A DNA stretch of 64,000 nt, from assembly GCA_965223275.1 (NCBI GenBank), contig OZ244992.1, positions 2,993,134 to 3,057,133 on the forward strand. The letters run 5' to 3'. The notes beneath the pieces were generated by a model, which was given only the letters and a program-made list of their open reading frames with translations, made no database searches and was not told where the DNA came from. Numbering within the stretch: the first letter of the stretch is position 1; every line of letters begins with the position of its first letter. Positions 28,857 to 36,810 of the stretch are shown one piece after another. This stretch comes from Nitrospirales bacterium (lineage in GTDB: Bacteria > Nitrospirota > Nitrospiria > Nitrospirales > UBA8639). The position numbers and the translations under genes are program-made.

Positions 28857-30320
28857 ATGGACATGACAAAATTAACGGAAACTCTTCAGGAAACATTAGG
28901 TGCTACTCTGCCCAGTGTACTGGGGGCGCTTGGAATCCTTGTCGTCGGTTGGTTGGTAGCGGTGGCCATTCGAGCTGGAGTCCGTAAGGGATTGGGCCTG
29001 TTGAATCTCAATAAAAATCTGGGGGCCACCACCGGTACGGAAGTCGATGTGGAAGGGGGGACGGCAGCAGCGGCCTATTATCTCGTGTTGCTCTTAGTCT
29101 TGGTCGGGTTTTTTAATGCCCTCAATTTAGAGCTGGTGTCAGGACCGTTACGAGTGTTGGTAGATCAAGTCCTGGCCTTTATTCCCAAATTGATCGCAGG
29201 AGGAGTGTTACTCCTGATTGCGTGGGTATTGGCCACGGTGGTGCGGACACTGGTGACCAAAGGCCTTCAAGCCACTCAGTTGGATGAAAAACTGAGTGCT
29301 GGCGCCGGAATGAGCCCGATGAGTGAGAATATGGGAAACGTCTTGTTTTGGCTCATTCTTCTCCTATTTCTCCCGGGAATCCTCGGCACCCTGGAGTTGC
29401 AAGGAATATTGGAGCCTGTGCAGGATATGGTCAATACCATCGTGGGCATGATTCCTAACGTGTTTGGGGCTCTGATCATTGGGTTTGTGGGATGGTTTGT
29501 CGCCAAGATCGTGCGGGATTTATTGAGCAGTCTTTTGACAGCCAGTGGGGCCGACCAACTGGGAACGAAAACAGGTCTTCAGGGAACCCTTTCTCTTTCT
29601 AACCTGGTCGGGCTCATTGCGTATATCCTCATTTTAGTGCCCGCTCTCATAGCCGCTTTACAGGCATTGAATATCGAAGTCATCACCAAGCCTGCCACTC
29701 AAATGCTCAATTCCATGATGGGGGCCATTCCCAACATCTTCGCCGCAGGCATCATTTTGTCCGTGGCTTTTTTCTTATCTCGGCTTATCGCCCATTTGAT
29801 GAGTAATTTGCTGGGTGGTATGGGACTGGATCAACTTCCGGCAAAATTTGGGATGGATCATCTTTTCCAAGGGTTGGCGACTCCTTCTCAATTAGTTGGG
29901 AAGATCCTGATTTTTTTTATTATGCTATTTGCTACAGTCGAAGCGGCCAATCGGTTAGGCTTTGGCCAACTCTCTCACTTAGTGGAGATGTTCATCCAGT
30001 TTGGTGGGCAGATCTTGTTAGGGAGCGTCATTATCGGTATTGGTTTTTGGCTCTCGAAATTGGCAGGTGAAGCCATTCGCAGAGTGGAAGGGTCCGACGC
30101 TGGAGTGTTGGCCAATATCGCGAAATTTGCCATTCTGGGGTTAGTAGTGGCTATGGGCCTGCGAGCCATGGGATTGGCTGATGATATTGTGAACCTTGCT
30201 TTCGGGTTGACCCTCGGTGCCATAGCCGTAGCCGTAGCGCTTTCCTTTGGCCTCGGAGGCAGGGAAGCCGCTGGCAAACAAATGGAGCATTGGCTCAGCC
30301 GACTTCGTGGAGAACGATAA
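28857..30320 (+). CDS. TM-helix-repeat membrane protein (CmpX-like, often annotated mechanosensitive ion channel)
   Basis: Repeated units P.L.GAL.IL.VGW.VA..VR; C-terminal AVALSFGLGGREAA. Confidence 0.85.
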   Translation: MDMTKLTETLQETLGATLPSVLGALGILVVGWLVAVAIRAGVRKGLGLLNLNKNLGATTGTEVDVEGGTAAAAYYLVLLLVLVGFFNALNLELVSGPLRVLVDQVLAFIPKLIAGGVLLLIAWVLATVVRTLVTKGLQATQLDEKLSAGAGMSPMSENMGNVLFWLILLLFLPGILGTLELQGILEPVQDMVNTIVGMIPNVFGALIIGFVGWFVAKIVRDLLSSLLTASGADQLGTKTGLQGTLSLSNLVGLIAYILILVPALIAALQALNIEVITKPATQMLNSMMGAIPNIFAAGIILSVAFFLSRLIAHLMSNLLGGMGLDQLPAKFGMDHLFQGLATPSQLVGKILIFFIMLFATVEAANRLGFGQLSHLVEMFIQFGGQILLGSVIIGIGFWLSKLAGEAIRRVEGSDAGVLANIAKFAILGLVVAMGLRAMGLADDIVNLAFGLTLGAIAVAVALSFGLGGREAAGKQMEHWLSRLRGER

Positions 30321-30569
30321 GTTCTGATAGGGATCTCTCCTTGGTCTGGCTCAAAGCCGAGGAGAGATTCCTCTTTAAAATCTCTTAAGAAAGCTGATTG
30401 ATTTGCTTCAAACTTCCCTCTCCCGTCCTGAACGTCCCTTTCCTTTCTGTACAATCTTTTTATTTGGGAATATTTTCTCTGGCTTGGGGATAGTCAGTGG
30501 TGATTGGACGACTGGAATCCTGGTGAAAACTAATGAATACTAGAAGGTTTTTTTCTAAGGAGGTTTGTC

Positions 30570-31385
30570 ATGGAAGATTCCGTGAAAGAAGGGATTGCCC
30601 TGTTAACGACCTACGGCTTGAAGGTCATCGGTGCCATTCTCATTTTTATCGTAGGGAAAATGGCGGCAGGGTGGGTCCAGAAGTCGGTGAAAGCCTGGCT
30701 ACAACGATCAGGAAAACTGGATGAGACCCTCATTAGTTTTTTCTCCAGTTTTTCTCGGTATGTCGTCCTTATTATAACCCTCCTGGCAGTCCTTTCCCAA
30801 TTCGGAGTGGAAACGACTAGCTTAATCGCCGTATTTGGTGCGGCTGGGTTGGCCATTGGGTTAGCTTTGCAGGGTACATTAAGTAATGTGGCCGCCGGGG
30901 TTATGCTCTTGATTTTTCGGCCTTTTCAGGTCGGACAATTCGTGGAAACCGCCGGTATTTCTGGAACGGTGAAATCCTTGACTCTGTTTATTACCGAATT
31001 GGCCACTCCTGATAACGTCCAGATTTTGGTTCCCAATAGTCAGGTGTGGGGAGCGATCGTCAAAAATTACAGTCATCATGAGACCAGACGTGTGGACCTG
31101 GTCATGAGTATCGACTACACGGACGATATTGATAAAGCGATTGAGGTGGTAAAAACCCTGGTGAAAGCGGATGAACGGGTGGCAGCAGATCCAGAGCCGT
31201 TCGTGGTGGTGGGCAATTTAGGTGAAAGTTCCGTGGATTTGACCATTCGGGTCTGGTGTCAAGCGGGTGATTATTGGCCGTTGAAGTTTGATTTGACCAA
31301 ACGATTGAAGCAACAATTTGACGCAGAACAGTTGACGATTCCATTCCCACAACATGTGGTGCATATGGCAAAAGTGGAGGGATAG
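30570..31385 (+). CDS. mscS: Small-conductance mechanosensitive channel
   Basis: AAGLAIGLALQGTLSNVAAGV, RPFQVG, IPFPQ; AAGGAGG RBS. Confidence 0.93.
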   Translation: MEDSVKEGIALLTTYGLKVIGAILIFIVGKMAAGWVQKSVKAWLQRSGKLDETLISFFSSFSRYVVLIITLLAVLSQFGVETTSLIAVFGAAGLAIGLALQGTLSNVAAGVMLLIFRPFQVGQFVETAGISGTVKSLTLFITELATPDNVQILVPNSQVWGAIVKNYSHHETRRVDLVMSIDYTDDIDKAIEVVKTLVKADERVAADPEPFVVVGNLGESSVDLTIRVWCQAGDYWPLKFDLTKRLKQQFDAEQLTIPFPQHVVHMAKVEG

Positions 31386-31438
31386 GATCTGAACAAAACC
31401 TTGTGTGATTGTGGCTTTTACCTGAAAAGGAGACAAAC

Positions 31439-32074
31439 ATGGAAATTACTCGTAGTCGTGACATGTGGACGATTCTAGTCGTCTTGGGATTGTTATGGGG
31501 CGGGTGTACGACCGTGATGATTGAAACCGGGAAAAAGGCCTTTGAAGATCGAACGACAGATGACCAGGTGACGGATACTAAAATTGCTACAGGTATCTTG
31601 TCCGGTCTATCGGATAAGGATAAAGGGCTCCTTCTCGACGTCAATACTGATGTCTGGGAACAACGGGTCATGCTGACCGGAACGCTGGACGATCCGGCAG
31701 TCCGTCAGGAAGTTGTGAAGATGGCCAAGTTCGATGCGCGTGTCAAACAGGTGTATGACGAGATTCAAATCGTGACGCCGGAGGAAAAAGAGCGACGGAG
31801 AAAAGAAGCTGAAGAACACGATAAAAAAGATACCGAAGGTATGGGGCAAAGTGTGGACGATTTTTGGATCGCGACAAAAATCGAAGCGCAATTGGTGGCT
31901 GAAGAGGGAATCACCTCCGTGAATTATCGGTGGCGTTCGGTCCGCAATCAGATTTATCTGATTGGCCGTGCCGGGAGTCAAGTGGAGTTAGACAAAGTAT
32001 TGGAAATAATCCGGAAGACGGAAGGGGTGTCTTCAGTTAAACACTTCGTCGAAATTAAACCTGTTCCAAAGTGA
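31439..32074 (+). CDS. Dual BON-domain lipoprotein (OsmY/DolP-like)
   Basis: Lipobox WGG-C; two BON units (D..I.TKI, VMLTG; VDD.WIATKI, IYLIG). Confidence 0.88.
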   Translation: MEITRSRDMWTILVVLGLLWGGCTTVMIETGKKAFEDRTTDDQVTDTKIATGILSGLSDKDKGLLLDVNTDVWEQRVMLTGTLDDPAVRQEVVKMAKFDARVKQVYDEIQIVTPEEKERRRKEAEEHDKKDTEGMGQSVDDFWIATKIEAQLVAEEGITSVNYRWRSVRNQIYLIGRAGSQVELDKVLEIIRKTEGVSSVKHFVEIKPVPK

Positions 32075-32142
32075 AATTGGCTGTGAAAGAGGGAAGACGG
32101 TACACGCAACGAAGCGGGACAGTCTTCTATGAAAAGCAAATA

Positions 32143-32712
32143 TTACCAAAACCGTACAGGGCCGGTATCAAGGTGGAGGAACCCCTGGCGTGGGTAATAG
32201 CCAATGCCGCCCCATTTAATTTTATACGCGGCTCGGCGGACATGGGAGAGTTTGATGCCCGGGATGGAAAAGTCGAGGGCTTTGCCCATGGTGTGTAGGC
32301 TGTTCGGAGCAGCTCCCCGGCCGAGCCTCACCAGCAATCTATTGTAAGAAGGAGAGCGATAGGCGGAATAGATGCGGATTTCTTTGCCTTCTCCCACTAA
32401 TTTCTCGACCAGATTAACGTATTCCAATAAACGCAGGTCCATGGGGTGAACTTGGTGAGAATGAGAACATCGAAAAAAGACATTCAGATCCTCCAGGGCC
32501 TGTTGATCATACCTCCCGCTGTGATTTCGATAGGTTACTTTTAACCGTTCTTTGGTGTTCATGTTAAACAGGCGAAGCCGGCCTTGATGTTTCAAGCTGG
32601 CCTGGCTGGTGCTTGGGAAGCCTATTTGGCTCCCGAAGAGTCCGAGGGTCATGAGTGAGGCTTGAAGAAACGAACGCCTGGACCAATGAGCATGGACCTC
32701 TACAGGGTTCAT
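32143..32712 (-). CDS. YcbK/DUF882 (peptidase M15) protein with Tat signal
   Basis: SRRSFL twin arginine; SAYRSP.YN, SLH.MGKALD, FLHLDTG. Confidence 0.9.
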   Translation of the reverse strand: MNPVEVHAHWSRRSFLQASLMTLGLFGSQIGFPSTSQASLKHQGRLRLFNMNTKERLKVTYRNHSGRYDQQALEDLNVFFRCSHSHQVHPMDLRLLEYVNLVEKLVGEGKEIRIYSAYRSPSYNRLLVRLGRGAAPNSLHTMGKALDFSIPGIKLSHVRRAAYKIKWGGIGYYPRQGFLHLDTGPVRFW

Positions 32713-32877
32713 GGGGGGGACCTCCGAAGTTTTGGTTGGAAACGAATTGAAGAGATAACTGATAGGATCGCGCGGTTTTTACCAAAACCACACACTCAGG
32801 TCAACAGCTATCACCAGGCAACAAGAATTTTTTTGAGTGTGTAGAGAAGCTCGTTGAAGTTCTCGTTCTGAAAAAAG

Positions 32878-34167
32878 TCATGACGGTTCATTCATTTTTC
32901 GTAATTCCCACGTTGCCATGATGGCCATGGTCAGATACATCGTGATCACGGGGATAGCGTATGAAATGGCAGCGCCGGTAGCTCCATACCAAAAACCGAG
33001 AGGGATACACAGAACAATGTGGGCGAGAACCGTCAAGGTTGTCGCCACTACGACAAATTGTTGTCTCTGGACGTATTTGAGATACGACGGGGCTAAAGAA
33101 GACATGGTCCAGACCACGGTCGCGAACGCGGTGATACACAAGGCTGCGTACCCATCCACGAATTCGGGGCCAAATAGTCCGAGAATCTGTTTTCCAAAAA
33201 TAACTATGACGAGTAAGAACGTGGCACAGAGGGATCCGAGCCAGGCCCAGCGGTCCCAGCGACCCTGTGTGAGTCCGGATTGGTCTTTTTGCTCAAGCAT
33301 GGTGGAGACGGTTGGCAAATAGAGTTTGTCAGTGGACTTGGCCACGATGTAGATGAAGGTTCCCGTTTCGGCGGCAGCGGAATACACGGCCACGGTCGCT
33401 TCTTGTGGCGCCACAAATTCCAGGATAATGACTCCTATTTTTGCGAGTACACTGATTAGTAGTGCGAAATACAAAAACGGCCAAATGCTGACTAACCATT
33501 CCCGTGTTCGATGTTCCGTCGGGGCTATGTATATCTCTTCTCTCGTCGTTTGCTTCAGGAACACGAAGACGGCAATCAGCCCTGCCATCCATCCGGTGCC
33601 ATAGCACAGGACCCCTTGGGAGGCAGTTAGGTCCCAGGGGGAAGCGACCCATATGATAGCGAAAATCAGGGTCGCCCCAGGAACGAGTAATCGTGTGATG
33701 AATGCGGATTGGATCGCCGCGCGATTGGCCGTGAGAAGCTCGCTTCCGGCTCCCACCCAAGCCATGATGGGCAAGAAAAGAAGCACAAACCCCAAGGCAT
33801 AGTTGCCAAACTGCCCATCCTTGAAATATTCCCACGCGGTTCCGGCGATGGCCAGGAGACTGCTCGTCACTAAGATCAGTCCCGCGCTAAAACGGATATA
33901 TCCATGGGCGGCCGACCAATCACGTCGTTCACTGTAGGCAGGAATAATTCGAAGGGCATATTTGCCCGTACCCATTTCGGCTAATGTGGAAAGAATAACC
34001 GCTGACGAGATGGCCACGGCATAGTCATCGTATCCATTGGCACCAAGGGCACGGGCAAACACGATAGCGGTGCCATAGGAAAGGGCGAAGGAACCGAGGG
34101 AGAATGCCAAGAGAAAAACGGTTTCTTTTTTTTGAATCTTTCCAGTCATCGGTGTTCTTTTAAGCAC
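32878..34167 (-). CDS. MOP-superfamily flippase (Wzx-like)
   Basis: ARALGANGYDDY, about 12 TM helices, C-terminal YGATGAAISY. Confidence 0.8.
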   Translation of the reverse strand: MLKRTPMTGKIQKKETVFLLAFSLGSFALSYGTAIVFARALGANGYDDYAVAISSAVILSTLAEMGTGKYALRIIPAYSERRDWSAAHGYIRFSAGLILVTSSLLAIAGTAWEYFKDGQFGNYALGFVLLFLPIMAWVGAGSELLTANRAAIQSAFITRLLVPGATLIFAIIWVASPWDLTASQGVLCYGTGWMAGLIAVFVFLKQTTREEIYIAPTEHRTREWLVSIWPFLYFALLISVLAKIGVIILEFVAPQEATVAVYSAAAETGTFIYIVAKSTDKLYLPTVSTMLEQKDQSGLTQGRWDRWAWLGSLCATFLLVIVIFGKQILGLFGPEFVDGYAALCITAFATVVWTMSSLAPSYLKYVQRQQFVVVATTLTVLAHIVLCIPLGFWYGATGAAISYAIPVITMYLTMAIMATWELRKMNEPS

Positions 34168-34554
34168 TCATCATGTCATGTTGTGATTGTCTGGAAGAAA
34201 TGTTGTGTATTGTTGGGGCCATCGGGTTGGCTCTTTCCGCTACTCATGAAATAGGCCAAGGCGGCAATAACTAACGTCCTGTCTTCTCCTTTTCTCCTGC
34301 GATGTCAAAATGTGTTCGTTTTTCAGATCTGGTATGGAGAAAAAAGCCCCTGGTGTTGTTGGGATGTTTCCCGACTCACTAGAAAAAGAGTCGGGCCTTG
34401 ATCTGGCCAATGGTGATGACATCATCATTGGAGTTGAATGTCGGCTCAAAGATGACCTGCACCCCTGGGTTACCCAAAGAATGGGGAGGACCAGGAGTTT
34501 CCAGTAGGCTTCTAAACCATACTGACTGTCGAGGGTATCATTTTCAGGATGAGC

Positions 34555-34967
34555 CTACGAACCCCCCAAGCCTAATTCACCCCACGGATTTAAGCCACCG
34601 GCTTCGTCGAACTATTTCACCAGGTAGGCTGGTGAGAGGATAAATACGGAGAAGAGGGCGTGTGCGGCTGCCAGGAAAAATCTCATCAGGCCACAGTATT
34701 TGATGACGACTAGTCTCAGGGCTGGGTCATCGTAGCGCCAATGGATGCTCTTGTTGATGAGGTAGGAACAGACACGAATATCACAGCCGCCAGTGAGGTG
34801 GCTTTGTTGGGAATAAACGGAGGAAAGTGACGCCATTCGACATCACCCGCGATATGGTAGCGAAGGATTGCGTATCCTACCAAACCACCAAATACTACGA
34901 AAAACCACTTGGCGGAAGTTGGTTGCCAGAGTCGATCTGGTGGTAGGCTCGATTCCTTGTCCTTCAT
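34555..34967 (-). pseudogene. Degraded ferric-reductase-like (STEAP/MsrQ-type) membrane protein
   Basis: Frame 1 GYAILRYHI...FP.FI.NKA.SLAA; frameshift near 34770 into KYCGLMRFFLAAAHALFSVFILSPAY; in-frame TAG stops at 34612 and 34555; left boundary approximate. Confidence 0.55.
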
Positions 34968-35085
34968 AAATGAAGGCTTTTGGTTGGATAATAAAGCAAT
35001 TTTTCCTATGAAACCTTAAAAAACTACGAGAAAAATTCACAAAGCAAAAAGTGGACCAGAGTGGAAAAATGTATTCCCCAAATTT

Positions 35086-35372
35086 TGTGGATAACCTGGT
35101 GTTTATTGGCTACTGAAGTTCAGTTTTCCAAGGATTCATGAACCAATGAGCAAATTGCCCATTAATTATGCATTGTATGAAAATAAATTTTTTCTACCAA
35201 ATGTAGTGGTGTAAAAAAAATGGCGTAGCCGTAAAAGTAGAAAAACTTTTTTCTTGACTTTTTTATTTTAGACTTGAGAAAGGAGTTTTCTTTTTAATGA
35301 GAAAAATGGTGCTTATCCACAGAAAGGCGGGATGTTTGTTGATAAAGGCTTTTGTTCACAGGCCGTGAATAG
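35086..35372. promoter_or_regulatory. Cluster of DnaA boxes in AT-rich non-coding DNA
   Basis: Perfect TGTGGATAA (35086-94) and TTATCCACA (35313-21); near matches TGTTGATAA (35337), TTGTTCACA (35352), CGTGAATAG (35364). Confidence 0.6.
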
Positions 35373-35565
35373 CCATTGAGCAGTCCTGCTCTGGCCAATG
35401 TTAAGCCTATGTAACGCTTTGAATACAGGGGTTTACGCTTCTTCTAAGGAGGCTTATACCCTCATGAACCAAAATCTGGTCTTTGAATTACACCATTCCT
35501 CGGAGGGAATAAACATTATTAGTAAATGGGATCTAGGCTACTGGGGCTGTTCGTGTTGAATGGGG

Positions 35566-35814
35566 TCATCCCCGAATTTTTCGGTAGCCAAACAAGAGGA
35601 GGCAGGCCCCAACGATAGCAAGCCCCATACTTCGAAGGTCAAATCCTTCCACATCACCCCATCCTAGTGTTGTTCCAATAAACCCTCCGATCACTCCTCC
35701 GGCTAATCCAATGAGGGCCGTAACGATCAGTCCACCTGGATCTTTGCCTGGCATGATGAACTTGGCAAGGAAACCTGCGGCGAGCCCGAATACAATCCAA
35801 GAAATGACTCCCAT
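35566..35814 (-). CDS. GlsB/YeaQ/YmgE-family stress-response membrane protein
   Basis: ISWIVFGLAAGFLAKFIMPGKDPGG...IVGACLLL; AAGGAGG RBS. Confidence 0.92.
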   Translation of the reverse strand: MGVISWIVFGLAAGFLAKFIMPGKDPGGLIVTALIGLAGGVIGGFIGTTLGWGDVEGFDLRSMGLAIVGACLLLFGYRKIRG

Positions 35815-35913
35815 AAGTACCTCCTTCTACACCTCAGGTAACCCAAAAGGTGTCATACCGTTGGTTTCCCTGCGTGCGGATATGGGTGAGGAGGGGGGTA
35901 TGAACACTGGGGG

Positions 35914-36636
35914 TTACGCTTGATCCTTGGACATGGAGGTAATGAAAGAATCCGCTTCTTTAATCGAAGCTTCCATTTCTTTTATCAACGCTTGAATATT
36001 GCTCTCTACGGCTCCAAGTTCACTTTTCAGGGAGGCGATGGCTTGTGCGTTCAGGTTATGTTTCAGGAAGAGGACTTGGTCTTTAAATTTGGCTAAGACC
36101 GGATCCATTTTTGATTCGGCGCGTTTCATGGCTTTGATGAGGTGAGCATATTGTTTCCGCGTTTGTGTCAGCTTGGCTTGACTGCTTTTTCGTAAATTGG
36201 CACTCGAATACTCCTGGAGTTCGGCTTGCCATTCCTGAAACAAGGCTTCCGAGACCGATTCCACGGAAGCAATGCGATCTCGGACCGCTTGTGCCCTCGC
36301 CTCACTCGTCTCGTATTCGGCATTCAGGGTATTGTATTTATCCTGAAGTTTTCCACCTTTAAAATTCAGGACGGTGGTAAATTGTTCCAGCGCAGATTTG
36401 AATTGTTCTTTTGCCTCTTGCTGGGCATCACGGGCTTTCTCCACATCGCTCACTAACAGGTCTCGTTTGTGATAGCCCAATTGTTCCAGGGCATCGTAAT
36501 ACACCTGACTGCATCCGAAGGAGAGGATGGTTACGCTGACAAGTATCGGCCAAAGTACGAGCCGGCCTTGCTGTCCGGTTGGCTCAAAAGAATAACCAAT
36601 CATCATGGGAGAATCCTTTTTCCGAAATGACCACAA
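35914..36636 (-). CDS. DUF2959-family coiled-coil lipoprotein
   Basis: Lipobox SFG-C; YYDALEQLGYHKRD, QVLFLKHNLNAQAI. Confidence 0.82.
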   Translation of the reverse strand: MWSFRKKDSPMMIGYSFEPTGQQGRLVLWPILVSVTILSFGCSQVYYDALEQLGYHKRDLLVSDVEKARDAQQEAKEQFKSALEQFTTVLNFKGGKLQDKYNTLNAEYETSEARAQAVRDRIASVESVSEALFQEWQAELQEYSSANLRKSSQAKLTQTRKQYAHLIKAMKRAESKMDPVLAKFKDQVLFLKHNLNAQAIASLKSELGAVESNIQALIKEMEASIKEADSFITSMSKDQA

Positions 36637-36810
36637 AACGTTTACGCTATTTGAGCTGATGAATCATGAAGAGGGATGGTTCTGCATCTCACGGAGAGGG
36701 GATACGTACGGCACGAGGGCCAGCATACGGGATTCGAGGAAGGAAAAGAAAGGGGGAGGGTGAATTGAATTGACCCGAAGGGCAAAAAAAGATAATCAGG
36801 CTCATGGCAT

